The notes under the pieces are model-generated. The model was given only the letters and a program-made list of their open reading frames with translations, was not told where the DNA came from and did no database searches. Shown here in pieces: positions 1-13,479 of a DNA stretch of 64,000 nucleotides. The first letter of the stretch is position 1, and every line of letters starts with the position of its first letter. This DNA comes from Somniosus microcephalus. Its lineage: Eukaryota. The DNA lies in contig CM126219.1 in the NCBI GenBank assembly GCA_052327205.1, positions 60,264,001 through 60,328,000 of the forward strand, written 5' to 3'. The translations under genes and the position numbers were made by a program.

Positions 1-1788
1 AGTTGTCATGCTATGGATTTATGTCAGATGATTTATTCCAGGACACTGTGCTAGTAAGACAACATATAATTAGAGGCATTAGTAGGTAGGAAATGCATGC
101 TTTGCATTTAGATTAACACACTAGCATTGCTGAAAGTTTACCCACTGAGATAATGCAGATTGCAGGTTTTGAAAAGCCTTGACATGCACAACACAGTTTC
201 CTTAAGTAACATTCTAACAAAGTACTATCAAAATAATCTAAGTAAAGGTGGTCTAGACTTTTAGTAAAGTGCTCATTAAATGGTTTGCACCATAGTTCTA
301 AGCACCAGTGATGTGAACTGTTCCTTCCTGTGATTAAGAATATAAAATGTATGTATTTGTCTAATATCAGTTGGTGACTGCATTGTTTTCTCTGCGTTCC
401 AATTTGTTGTTTGAAATCTCCTGAGTCTATTACTAACTGGGACAGTGTGGCACTTAGGAATATATGATTTAACAATTTTAGAACATGAATGATTAAATGT
501 ATTGCCACACTAGCTCTTGAAGGAAGTGTACATTCCTGAATTGTAAGATTTTAAATAAAGGTAATCCTTTTTCCCCCTCCATGATATATATATTAAGTTG
601 GAATGGCAATTAGAAGTACAGTACAAGTTACAGTTTCCTATTCCATTGTAAAATATTTGTTTCAAGCACCATATCCATTTAGGAGAAGCTTTTTTTGTAG
701 CCAGTAGATTCGGAACTGAACTGCCTTGGATTTGTGTGCTGTTAACAATATTGTATTTCCAACATGTTTTAATTTACTTGGGGCTGAGCCTTTTGATCTT
801 GTAGGAAGGAGACATGCCCCAAGGGGCATTTACTTTAGTGGGGAGAGGGCACTAAATGCAGAGGGTTAAACTTGCATTTGATACCCAATGCAATGTGACT
901 GGTCAGACTCCAACATGGATGAGCAGTGATAAACTAGCCTGGAGCAATGTTACATCATGCTAACTGCAGTATCTACATCAAAAGTGCAGAAATGATGCCG
1001 CTTCCTTTTTTTTGCTGGAAACGGGGCTAGGTTTTCACAGACCAGTGCACCTCGAATCTTTTGAGTGCTTATGTGTGTTGCGTGTTCAAAACATGATTGC
1101 TATGCCTTATTTGCATATGCCTGAAACTTGGATTCAAATTTTCACCACCTAGCTTAACCCTTACAATCTTGGAAACTAATTTTAGTTGGTATGAAACCAG
1201 CTGGGTTTCAGTAAAACTTGCTGCTTAATGAGATTTTAGTGTGCTGGCAGATGTGCCAAGACTGTACATAATGCAAGTAATAGAGGTCAAGATAAAATAT
1301 TTGTAAATGGTACACGTTTGTACTGGCACCAATCCGCTGAAAAAAACACCTTTATTGTTGGAAATTTTGTGAAAATCACTTTCTAGTGGGTTTCTTTTGT
1401 GAATGTGCAAGAATGCACATTGGGAAATAATGGTTCGGAAAGACTGAAAGGCACCAAACCGTAAGATGCAACAGTTGAGTTTTTATTTTGGATCGACCAC
1501 CACTCCCTGCCATGATTTCTGTATTTATAAAATACAATACAGTATTCTTGAATTGAACACTTAAAAATGGGCTTGCATTTTTATTTTAAAATATTGCTTG
1601 AATTGGTGGAAAATAGTGTGGATATAGTAAGAGAATGCACAGTGCTCTAGTTTCTCTGGATCATATAAATCCTTCGCCTTTTACTAAAGCTTTCGGTGGT
1701 TCTGCTTGAAATGATATTGATACAAAGTGAGCATGTTTGAAGTTGAATGTTCATCTGGGCTAAGTGGTTCATGAAAAATTGAATTACT

Positions 1789-2550
1789 TAGAATCTTACA
1801 GCACAGAAGGAGACCAATTGGCCCATCGTGCCTGTGCCATCTCTTTGAAAGAGCTCTCCAATTAGTCCCACTCCCCTGCTCTTCCCCATAGCCCTGCACA
1901 TTTTTCATTTTCAAGTATATACTTAATTCCCTTTTGAAAGTTACTATTAAATCTGCTTCCACCACCCTTTCGGGCAGTACATTCAGATCATAACTCGCTA
2001 CTTAAAAAAAATTCCTCTCCTCTCTCCCTTGGTTCTTTTGCCAGTTATCAAATGTATGCCCTCTGGTTACTGACCCACCCACCAGCAGAAACAGTTTCAC
2101 CTTATTTACTCTATCAAAACCCCTTGCAATTTTGAGTACCCTTAACTGCCTCTTTAGTTTATATTTCCACTCTTTATTCTTCCTCCCAGAATGCATACTT
2201 CACACTTCTCTGCATTAAATTACATCTGCCATGTGTCTGCCCATTTCACCAGTCTGTCTGACCTGAAGTCTGCTACCATCCTCACTGTTTACTACATTTT
2301 CAAGTTTGGTATCATTTGAAATTGTGCCCCCTTTACCCAAGTGCAGGTCGTTAATGTATAAGAGCAGTGGCCCAATACTGACCACTGAGGAACACCACTG
2401 TATACTTCCCTCCAGTGTGAAAAAACGAGCATTCACCACTACTCTCTGCTTTCTGTCTCTTAGCCAATATCGTATCCATGATGCCACTGCCCCTTCAATC
2501 CCATGAGCTTCAATTTGGTAACAAGTCTATTATGTGGCATGTTATCAAAC
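1789..2550 (-). mobile_element. Degraded CR1 LINE 3' fragment
   Basis: Minus-strand RT remnants (WLRDRKQRVVVN, LYINDL) and CR1 3' tail. Confidence 0.85.
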
Positions 2551-3051
2551 TTCTGTCCTGACATTTTGGCTAAGTTTGACTCTGTTAGTTAATTAAAAAA
2601 TATTTTCTGAAATGATGACAGTGTTTTCCTTTGGGCAGCTGACACTGTCTTTTGAAAGTTACAGCAGAAAATTCCTGGGAGTATGTTGAAATTGAGATGG
2701 GGCCCCACAAAGAAAAGTTTGAAAACCACTGATTTTAATTTACATTCTGAAGGAAACAAGGATATAATTCTTCATAAGATTTTGGCAGTGATCTGGTTGA
2801 TATCTGATTCCTCCATTGCTGCATGGTTCATCCATCCATTTTATGTAAAAAAAAAGTTCTGCATCTCTGATACAATTTCTTGATTCAGAGTGGGGGATGA
2901 GAGTTTACAGAATCAAACAAATGACTAATGCCACTTCACTGCCCTAGTAAATAAATGACTTAATTTTTACATTCCTATCTAAAAATAGTGCTAAAAATTC
3001 AGTAAATATACTGATCTTAAAAAAAAAAAAAAAAAAAAATTATATACAGTA

Positions 3052-3368
3052 CAGGAAACTTTGGTTTATCCAGAGGTTATATGTCCGGAATACTCGATCT
3101 AACGGCAAAAATCAGGAGCCGTTTTCTATAAGTTTTTTTAGTTCTCGTTGCTTTTTTCCCCCCACTGTAGCTATAGCAACAGCTTCAGCTAGAGACGCTT
3201 GCAGCTGCAGCTGATTGTTTTGAAGCTGTTGCTAAGCAACAGGGTTTGTTGATTCACACGGAGCTTTTCAGTTCCGTATCTCTCAACATTAACGCTGGTA
3301 TGTCCGGCACTTTTGATGGTACGGCACCAGCTCGGTCCCGTCAGTGCCGGATATCAGAAAGTTTCCTG
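3052..3368 (+). mobile_element. Tigger/pogo-like MITE (CAGGAAACTTT family), copy 1
   Basis: TIR CAGGAAACTTT..TATCC / GGATA..AAAGTTTCCTG, TA on both sides. Confidence 0.9.
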
Positions 3369-4413
3369 TACATTGCATAGTATAGGGATTTCTAGTGCTA
3401 TGTTGTGGCACTGAGCTATACTGACCACAAAGGTCTGAATTCAATCCCTGGCCTACTTGGTGGATTTAGCTGATGTCAGGTGGTTGGAAAGTTGGAGGTG
3501 GTATTTTTTACTTCTCCATACTTCTCCCTGCTGGAAGTGGGAACACTGGGAGAAGAACATTTCCCTTTGGGGCAGGCAGTGAAGCTTGCAGTAAACGATC
3601 TTATCTTCTAGTGGTGTATTCAGAAAATATCTCAGAACACCAAACCTTCCCCTTGTACTACATTCTCGCCGCTTGGTTTTATGGCTTTTTTTGGGGGGAC
3701 TCTTATTCTACCTGGTATCTAATTTTTTGGCAAGTTTTATGATATTTTCATGACATGGAAAATCTTGTACTCAGAGTCACAATTTTCTGATATAAGCAAA
3801 TTCCTGGCAATATCTTAACTCCTGAACATTACCAAGTGGCTTTCTGCTCTGTTTATTATTGGGTTTGACTGTATGCAACGGCTCCCAGTTTAATTAAATA
3901 GTTCAGTTAACCGCTACTTAATTGACTACGGCTATCAATCAGATATTAAAAAATCTGGTAATTCGGCCAGAATCTCGATGCACAGCAGTCAGTGGCAGTA
4001 CTGAAGGCTCAGTGAGAGTAGTGTGGCCCAATAGATACAAACCAAAATCAACTTACACTGGCGTTCGTTTAGATGAGATTCTGGGAGAGCAGCACCCATG
4101 AGCTGGCTCCTTGTATTTACACGACTAAGTTCAGCTGCTTTATCCCAACAGCACGGTCAGAGACTTCGTTTTTTGTGGCAGCCAGATTTATGGTGTAAAC
4201 ATGAAGAGCCGGGTAGTGGCTTTCGATCTTCCAGAATCTCCACCAAACAAGTACATATAAAACACCATTTATATCTTGCCTTTTAATTAAAAAAAAAAAA
4301 AAAGGGTTCCAAGGTTTTGGCAGAATGAAAATAGATGTCAAACAGGAAGGAAGATTGTTAGGAGCGGTTGAAGAAATGGGTTTTTGAGGAGATTAGACTA
4401 ACTACTAATATTC

Positions 4414-4503
4414 CAGGGTCCCAGACCTGAAACGTTAACTCTGTTTCTCTCTCCACGGATGCTGCCTGGCCTGCTGAGTGTTTCCAGCATTTTCTGTTGT
4501 TTA
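4414..4503 (+). mobile_element. Penelope-type terminal repeat fragment
   Basis: gacctgaaacgttaactctgtttctctctccac...ccagcattttctgtt, same as the arms at 19540-20550. Confidence 0.65.
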
Positions 4504-5344
4504 ATATTCCAGGACACTTGATACCACTGCCGGCATAGATCCACAGTGTCTGAATTATACTGAAATGATGCACCCTGTCTATAAATGCTACAGTACAAAA
4601 TACTGATCGATACCTGCTCAACAGATTGTAGTTAAAATGGCAACCAAACTGACCAGGTGTATTTAGACAATACTTTGCCTTTTATTCGTTTATTTTTCTG
4701 GTTTATTAACACGTGCTTTCCCCTCATCTGAAGAAGTGGCTCGCGGATGTGAAATACCTGCCCTAAGCGGCCATTTTTTCTGTTTGAGTGTCTGCAGACT
4801 ATTTGGTCATTTGAAGGGGTCCACTTTTTGCCAAGCCTGATGAAGATTGAGCCGATGAAGATTGAGCCGATGATCTTTCTTTTAAGCAGTATGCTTTAGG
4901 ACTACTGCATGTGATGCATCTACTGTAGTCCTGGGAAGGGGAGGGAAAGTATCTTTTTGATGGCCTGTTGTTTCTATGAACTGCAGCCCTTTTACCCAAG
5001 TTTACATGCAACCAAATGGCCCATTTTGTAGGTATGTGTTTTACCTCTAATATTCTTAACTGTATAATTAGTCTATGTGCTTTAGAATCAGAATTAACAG
5101 CAGGGAAGGAGGCCATTTAGCTTATCATGGTGCTAGAGTTATTCACTTGAATCCAATTTCCCTGCCCTTTCCCCATAACTTCTGATATTCTTCGTTTTGA
5201 AATACTTATCCAATTCCCTTTTTTAAGAGTTGATTATAGTCTGCTCAAATAGCTTCTTATGGTATTTATTGTCAACCAGTAGAAGCAATTTTTATAATTT
5301 TAGAAATCGACTGGTTGTTTATTGATATTGGAAATACTACATCA

Positions 5345-5720
5345 CAACTTTAGATAGCACCTTTATTGTAGAAAATATCTTGAGGCACTTTACAGAGAGG
5401 GGAAGAAAATAAATGGATATAATGGAAATAAACAAATGGATGTCGGGCCATGGTGGGAGAGTTAGAAGAGATGATTGAAAGCTTGTTTCAAGGGTGAGTT
5501 TTGAGAAGGTTTTTAACAGGCGCCGAGAGTTGCAGTGAAGCAGAAGGGTTTAGGCATGGAATTTCAAAGAATAGGGCCGAGGTGACTGAAGGGTCTGCCA
5601 TGGCGGGATGGGCAGGGGCTGGGGGATGCATAAAAGGCCAGTATCTGAGAACTGGAGTGGGTGGGGTTTGAAAGTAGGAGAATGTTACTGAGATGGGATG
5701 GGTAAGGCTGTGGAGGGATA
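5345..5720 (-). mobile_element. Degraded L2 LINE 3' end
   Basis: Similar to the L2 ends at 25400-25650 (+) and 51350-51660 (-). Confidence 0.55.
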
Positions 5721-7025
5721 TTTTTTATTCATTCATGGGATGTGGGCGTCACTGGCAAGGCCAGCATTATTGCCCATCCCCAATTGCCCCTGAGAAGGTG
5801 GTGGTGGTGAGCCGCCGCCTTCAACCGCTCCAGTCCATGGTGAAGGTATTCCCACAGTGCTGTTAGAGAGGGAGATCCAAGATTTTGACCCAGCTACGAT
5901 GAAGGAACAGCGATATATTTCCAGGTCAAGATGGTGTTTGACTTGCAAAAGAACTTGCAGGTGGTGGTGTTCCCATGCGCCTGCTGCCCTTGTCCTTCTA
6001 GGTGGTAGAGATCACGGGTTTGGGAGGTGCTGTTGAAGCATTGGCGAGTTGCTGCAGTGCACCTTGTAGATGGTACACACTGCAGCCATGGTGCGCCAGT
6101 GGTGGAAGGAGTAATGTTTAAGGTGGTGGATGGGGTGCCAATCAAGTGGGCTGCTTTGTTCTGGATGGTGAAGGGCTGCTTTGTCCTGGATGGTGAAGCG
6201 CTTCTTGAGTGTTGTTGGAGCTGCAATTATCCAGGCATGTGGAAAGCATTCCATCACACTCCTGACTGTGCCTTGTAGATGGTGGAAAGGCTTTTTGGAG
6301 TCAGGAGGTGAGTCACTCACTACAGAATACCCAGCCTCTGACCTCCTCTTGTTGCCACAGTATTTATGTGGCTGGCCCAGTTAAGTTTCTGGTCAATGGT
6401 GACCCTCAGGATGTTGATGGTGGGAGATTCAACGATAGTTATGCCATTGAATGTCATGGGGAGGTAGTTAGACTTTCTCTTGTTGGAGATGATCATTGCT
6501 TGGCACTTGTGTGGTGTGAATGTTTCTTGCCACTTATCAGCCCAAGCCTGAATGTTGTCCAGGTCTTGCTGCATGTGGGCACGGGCTGCTTCATTATCTG
6601 AGACTTGCGAATGGAACGGAGCACTGCAGTCATCAACAAACCTCCCCACTTCTGACCTTATGATGGAGGGAAGGTCATTGGTTAAGCAGCCATCTAGGTC
6701 ATTGGTTGAGCCTAGTACACTGCCCTCCAGCGGCTGAGCTGATTGGCCTCCAACAACCACAACCATCTTCTGTTGTGCTAGGTATGACTCCAGCCAGTGG
6801 AGCATTTTCCCCGATTCCCATTGACTTCAGTTTTGCTAGGGCTCCTTGGTGCCGCACTCGCTCAAGGGCAGTCACTCTCAGCTCACCTCTGGAATTCAAC
6901 ACTTTTGACCATGTTTGGACCAAGGCTATAATGAGGTCTGGAGCCAAGTGGTTCTGGTGGAACCCAAGCTGCGCATCGGTGAGCAGGTTATTGGTGAGTA
7001 ATTGCAGCTTCTAGCACTGTCGGCG
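5721..7025 (-). mobile_element. 5'-truncated CR1-clade LINE (RT 3' part, tail ...CACATCCCATGAATGAATAAAAAA)
   Basis: ORF 6320..6805 (NDLPSIIRSEVGRFVDD, QQDLDNIQAWADKWQ); frameshifted. Confidence 0.9.
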
Positions 7026-7029
7026 ACCA

Positions 7030-7310
7030 ACAGCACAAGGTTGCCATTCAGCCTGCCGTGCCTGTGCTGGTTCTTGGAGCAGTGGTGCTTAGCCCCACAT
7101 CCCTGTTTTTTTTGTCCGTAACCCTTTAAGCTCCTCATCAACTCCCTTTTAAAATAATTTATGGAATCGGCTTCCAGATCCTGACAACTGAGTGGAAAAC
7201 ATTTCTCCTCATATCTCTCCATTAGATCTTTTGCTAATAATTTTGACTCTGTGACCTCTGGTTATTGAGCCACTCACCAGGGGGAATAGTTTTTCTTCAT
7301 CTACTCTATC
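7030..7310 (-). mobile_element. CR1 3' end fragment
   Basis: EADSINYFKREL-type peptide and CR1 tail. Confidence 0.7.
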
Positions 7311-7954
7311 AAACGTGACCCCAAAGTTTTGCACAGCCTGGTTTGGCCTGAGCAAGGGGCTGGGGAGGGGAATTGAATTGGTGACTCGGGAGTGGATTTG
7401 ATGATGGGGACTGAAAACAATTGCTTTGGTTTTCCTGATTTTCAGTTGACTCAGAGTGGTGGCAAGTGGTGGAGGTAAAGCTGTGTGTTAGCATAAATGT
7501 GTACGGTGACTGTGTTTTGCGTATTAGGTGAATTTTGTTTTGAAGCATTTAATATTTTTAATGAATGCAGAACTTCTTGGCTCCAGATTGGACAGCAACT
7601 CTTCAAAATCGGTATTTGGGGAGTTCTGGCATAAACGTGAACAGTGCTGACCTGCCAGCCTCATTCATTTCTTCATTCATTTTTGACTTTTAAAGTTGTA
7701 CAGACAATTATTGCCTCGACTTTGAATTATCTTTAAAAAAAATTTTACGGGTGTTCTTCTGTTTCAATGTTTGATTTTCTGCCACTGTACATTCGTTCAC
7801 ACCTGCACCTTTTGTAATGGCAGTAGAAATTTTAGTGGGAAGTTTGAAATGTTTAATGGCATGCTTCGTAACTAGTTGTTTAAATTTAGAATGCTGGTTT
7901 TAATCTCTTACTAAAGTAATGCATATCAATCTTGTATGAGTGGTAGTGCAATAA

Positions 7955-8110
<156 letters not shown>

Positions 8111-8198
8111 TGAGAAAATCTGTAAAATGTGAAATTTTAAATATTTGTGCATGTTACTGATCATATATCACCTTAAGAGAAGATAACTTTAGTAAATA

Positions 8199-8522
8199 CA
8201 GGAAACTGGTTTATCCGGAGGTTAACTGTCCGGAATGCTCAATCCACTGGCAAAATTCAGGAGTCGGTTCAGTAAGTTTTTTTTCTTCTCGTTGCTTTTT
8301 TTTCACTAGTCAGGCTCTGCAAGGTCTAACTAAAGCTGTTGCTTAGCTACAGAGACGCTTGCAAGCTACGGCCGACTGTTTAGAAGCTGTTGCAGGGTTT
8401 GTTGCTGGATACGGAGCTCAAAAGCTTCCGTATGTTTTAACATTAGTGCTGGTTTGTCCGGCAGTCTTGATGGGACGGCAACAGCTCGGTCCCGTCGGTG
8501 CCGGATATCTCAAAGTTTCCTG
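8199..8522 (+). mobile_element. Tigger/pogo-like MITE, copy 2, 100 nt after an exon
   Basis: TA-CAGGAAACT...AAAGTTTCCTG-TA, colinear with copy 1. Confidence 0.9.
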
Positions 8523-9009
8523 TAGCTTTGTTTCTTAATCAATAGGAGGACTTTATTATGCTGAGACTATTAATTGTAACTGGAATCTGCTTTAGAACAC
8601 ATCGGGCTGTCGGTCTTCAATGCTTTCCTGATTTGTGTGGTAAAGTGGTAATCCCAGCTGTAAGAAGGCCCATATTCAACTTGCATGTTTGTAAGATAAG
8701 AGGCACTTCAGTATTTCTTTTCCATGTTCTAGTGGAGACTCACTCCTTGAATTTTAGAAGCTGTTGCCAGACTTACTGACTCTGCTTCTGCCCTGCACAA
8801 GATAGAAATGTTAACAGGGAGCTATTGCCGGGAACCAGTATAGAGTCACTCTCCCAAAATCAGCACTGCAGTGTGAAACCACTCGAGTGTCCGTCATCTG
8901 CAGGAGACCTAATCCAAAGGTAACTTGATATTGCAGTTTCAAATGGGTGGTCACCAAGAAAATTATCATTGGGAAGACTAAAGCCATTGTCTTCAGCTCC
9001 TACCACAAA

Positions 9010-9450
9010 CTCTCTTCCCTTGCCACCGATTCCATGCCCCTCTCCAGCCACTGTCTCTAGCTGAGCCAGACTGTACGCAACCTCCAATTGACCCTAAGTT
9101 GAGCTTCTGACCTCTCATCCTCTCCATCACAAAGACCACCTACTTCCAACTCTAACACATCCCATCTCTCTCTTTTCCCCCCCCCCCCCCCCCCGACTCA
9201 GTTTATATGCTGCTGAAACCCTCCTCCATGCTTTTACTCGACTATTTCAATGCTCTCCTGGCTGGCCTTCCATCTTCATAAACTTGAGCTCATCCAAGAC
9301 TCTGCTTCCTGTGTCCTAAGTCGCACCAAATCCCATTCACCTATCGCTCCCATGCTCGTTAACCTACATTGGCTTCCGATCCACGAACATCATGATTTAT
9401 GAAATTCTCATCTTCGTGTACAAATTTCTCCATGGCTTCGCCCCTCCCTA
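9010..9450 (+). mobile_element. L2 LINE fragment
   Basis: ctcgactatttcaatgctctcctggctggccttcca (LDYFNALLAGLP), typical L2 ORF2 C-terminus. Confidence 0.75.
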
Positions 9451-11132
9451 ACATTTGGTGATGGCGTGAGCATGAGGTGCAGGGAAGAGGAGAGGGGACG
9501 GGAACTGGGGACAGGCTTAGGAGAGGGCAAGGGCTGGGGAGCAGGAGGGCGGTGAGGGAAGTGGTAGTGCGTAAAGTGAGGCAGAGAAGTAAAGGAAGGG
9601 GAGAGAAGGAGGGGAAGGGGAGGGAAATGGCAAGCAGGACTTTGCCTCAGCGAGGGGAGTTCCAGGCAACTAATTTTGCTTCCAAGCGGGGTAGGTCGGA
9701 TGAGTCATGATGTGACTTTTTTTTACTTGGTGGGAGAGGGGAGTGTTGATGCTATTTGTGTCAGTTGTGGGTGGGTGCAGGTAAAGGGTGGAGTTGTATC
9801 ATACTGAGAACTTTGCTTCAAGGCGGGGGGGGAGAGGGGCAGCATCCAAGTATTTCCTGGGGCTGGGATGGGATCATTTGGTTCATTGCCTGATTTTTGG
9901 CTTCTTGAATTCACCTTTGTGGTTGAGTAATTTTTCTGCTTGCCAATCACGTGGTGGGGAATCTGCAATCTCTTAAATGACTTAAGAGCCATAAATTAGT
10001 TTTAAACGTAATGTTTTTGGTTACTCGCCTGTTCTATTTTGCATTTAGGAGGGCTATCTTTCTGTAGGCCGTACTTGGCTGCAGGTGCCTTTCAGTTCTT
10101 TCTTTGAGGTCTAGCATTTTTTAGTTTCTTTTTTAAGGCGGTCTATTTCTAATGCACATTTTACAATTTTTTCTCCTTTTAATGGTTCCAAAGGTGAGTT
10201 ACTAAATTTTTCCTTTAGGTGGTCCTCTCACTTAACATGACTCGCAGCACCACCTACAGGTGGGCTACCTTTGGAATGTTGTGACCACGTGGTGTTTATA
10301 TTTATAAATATTTTTGATGAAACATTTTTACATAGAGGAATTTTTTTTTCAAATTTCCCAGTCACAGTTATCCCTCCGCACTGACCTTCACTTTCAGAAG
10401 CACAAAATTTAATGGTGCACATTCTGAGGTTGCTGCCCTTGTGACCATCTTTGCTGCATTTTTGAGGCTAAATGCAGAAGCAAAACAGGTCTTCAACCAG
10501 CTTTGACTTCTAACACTTCCTGCTGTATTTTCCATGTGAATGCCACCGGCTAATGCCAGTTTGTGCATATCCTAGCATATTTGTCATGCACTTTGTATGC
10601 ATAGCAGTAACAGAAGTTTTGAAGATATTTGTACTAGCTAGTAAGAGTAAGCTACCTAACTGTGGAAGCTACTACATCCTTTTTTAAAACTCCTTCAATG
10701 TTTAATACTTTTTTCCACATCAACTCCTATTTGTAGAGTGTGCTCACGATGGTGTATTCCATCCACTCTAGTGCTGTCTTTGCAGTCACTGTTGTTTCAG
10801 CATTTGGTGTGGTATTGCCAACGAGCATAGTTTTTCAACCATGCTTCCCCCATCTCTGAACCAGTGAGTGGATAACATATCCATGGTTTAGAAGTTTGTG
10901 GTTGGGAACATGTGTACACACAGGAGAATGCTAAGTAGAGCAATAAGGTATGTTCATGTGACATTGTATCTAGTGATGCTGTTTCTCCAGTGATGCTGTT
11001 TCTCCGGTATTGTGCAGTTAAATGTAAAAGTTTCTGAACAGAGAATTTGGCAGAGTCTGTGTATGTATTCAAAAGAGCACTAAAATAGACTGTCAAGGTG
11101 CACACTGTGCATCAAAGTGGTTTCCTACATGT

Positions 11133-11575
11133 GTGTCAGCTGTAGCTCAGTGGGTAGCACCCTCAACTCTGAGTCAGAAGGTTGTGGGTTCAAGTCCCAC
11201 TCCCGAGACTTGAGCACACAAATCTAGGCTGACGCTCCAGTGCAGTACTGTGGGAGTGCTGCACTGTCAGAGGTGCCGTCTTTCAGATGAGACGTTAAAC
11301 TGAGATGGATGTAAAAGATCCTATTTCGAAGAAGAGCAGGTGAGTTATCCCCGGCCCGGTGTCCTGGCCAATATTTATCCCTCAATCAACATCACTATAA
11401 AACAGATTATCTGGTCAACATCACATTGCTGTTTGTGGGAGCTTGCTGTGCTCAAATTGGCTGCTGCATTTCCTACATTACAACAGTGACTACACTTCAA
11501 AAAGTACTTCATTGGCTGTAAAGTGCTTTGGGACGTTTGGTGGTCGTGAAAAGCGCTATATAAAGTCTCTCTCTT
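11133..11575 (+). mobile_element. tRNA-derived Deu-domain SINE (SacSINE1/AmnSINE1-like), full length
   Basis: A box TAGCTCAGTGGG (11143), B box GGTTCAAGTCC (11187), central Deu-like domain, L2-type tail (aagcgctatataaa). Confidence 0.85.
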
Positions 11576-13479
11576 TTTCTTTATTTTTACATTCCACTGT
11601 TTTTAGGACTGTATGACTGACTCCTCTACCAAAGCTTGGCGTCATTTACTTTATTACCAGTAAATGTTGTGCACCCTTGACTCCCGTTTAAATACCAGAG
11701 TATCTTTCACGGCGTGCACTCAAGACATTGTGTACCAGGCTAGGAATAGACGAATTAGCTCTTGTACTTGTGAGTTTGAGTTATATCGCTCGCAGGTTAA
11801 GATATTGGTAGCGGTTGTACTGCAGTAGCTATGTGATGCCATTCGTGAAGTCACCACATCCAGGGGAGCCCCATTGTTGGGATAGTTTTTGAAAACACCA
11901 GGGAATACTAACTCTGCCTATTACACTGGTATAGCACAAAAGAAAGTGGCACTAAAGATGAAAACAAGGTCCGCTTTAAAAACAGCTTTTATTTTGTAAC
12001 ATTTAATGAATTAGTTTGCAATATGTGGCACTTTATAAGGTTGGGACTTTGGACATTTAGGTTTGATTATCTGTATACATACCAGCCCAGAACCTACTTG
12101 GGTTACTGTTGAGGAAATTCATGTTGGAGCTGAAGATTGGAATTACCAGTGCCAACATTTTCTCAGGAAAGCAGATAGATTTGAGATGGATAGGGAGTTC
12201 ATGTTTCACTGTCATAAACAAGTTTACTCATTTGAGTAATCATGGGCCATTTGTGCATTTATATGTTGAAGATCCTCTTTTAGGTTATGGTCAGACTTCT
12301 AAGCCTGGACTTTTGTTTGGCTGAATCACGGCTTTTAAAGCTGTTTTCTCGGGTAACAAAAAGCCAGTTTTTCTAAATGGGATCTTGCCTCCAAAATGGG
12401 CAGCAGGGAATAAAAGTTAAGTGAAAGTGTTTCCTCTCATTAGCATAGGGATGTTCAGGCCGCTTGTAGCGTTGCTACTTGTACCCCAGCTGAGACCAGT
12501 TGACTCGGCACAGACAGGGAACTGAAAATGGGACCTTCTGGTCTCTAGAACTTGATCATTACCAATTGAGTCAAAGAAGAAGTTAAATTGTATTGTTTTT
12601 AGTTGTGTCTTAAGCTACTTGGTTCCATAACATTAAGTCGTGTTATTACTGCAATATTGATGCGTAGTCAATATCATTGTGTTTGAGTTTTAAAACTGAG
12701 CTTGTGGGAATTGTGGCCTGCTGGAGGTCTAATGGTTAAAGCTTTGTTCTTTCGTTTTTACAGTTTTTCAGTGGCTGTGCATGTGAATGCAGCTATTGGT
12801 GCACTTCAATCCATAATACTTGCAAGATATCACACTAGGATTAATGATTGTGCTGCTGTTTTTTCTAGGCTCACTGAGAAAATGAGAGTTCATTATTTGA
12901 AAATTCTGATCCAGAGTAGTTTTTTTTTAATTAAAAAGGCAGGCATGAAATGCTGAGCTTTAATTCTGGTCCCGTTGTTTTGTATCTTTCTCCAAAGATC
13001 ACTTTTACCATCTATATTTCTGTGTCTATGAAATGAATTGCACAGTAACCTAGTGCCTGAAAGTGAGATAAGGTATGTTTATTGTACTTGGCACTTTCAT
13101 TTCTGGGAAGTTAGGCCCAGTAAGTGGGTGTGGATATTGCAACAGACTTGTTTTGCGAGAAAGCTGCCGTGTGCGTAAAGCAACAGGTGACTACAATTAT
13201 TGGCATCAGCCTATCTGCTGTGAAGTGTGATAACATTAACTGCAGTACATTACAGTTAATAGTAAATGTTTCCAAATAATGTGCTATTGTAAATTGTTAA
13301 ACAGTTAAATGAGACCAATGTAAGAAATTAAGGCAATATTTTGAAAGTTACACCTTTTTTTTTTTCTCCCCCCCCCCCCTTCCCATCACCCCATTTAAAT
13401 ACATTTCTTGCACATGCCATTCCAATTAAGGTAGGCAAGTGACTAGCATTTTCCACCATAGCCGTTGATTTGCTCCATC

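Noticed and set aside
113-508. 131-aa minus-strand ORF
   Set aside because: No recognisable domain or splice context; AT-rich intron sequence.
4838-4873. Short tandem duplications (GATGAAGATTGAGCC x2; similar at ~10973 and ~19363)
   Set aside because: Ordinary two-copy slippage events with no further structure.
11133-11205. tRNA gene (A and B boxes)
   Set aside because: Continues directly into a SINE body and tail; it is a SINE head. The same applies at 55550.
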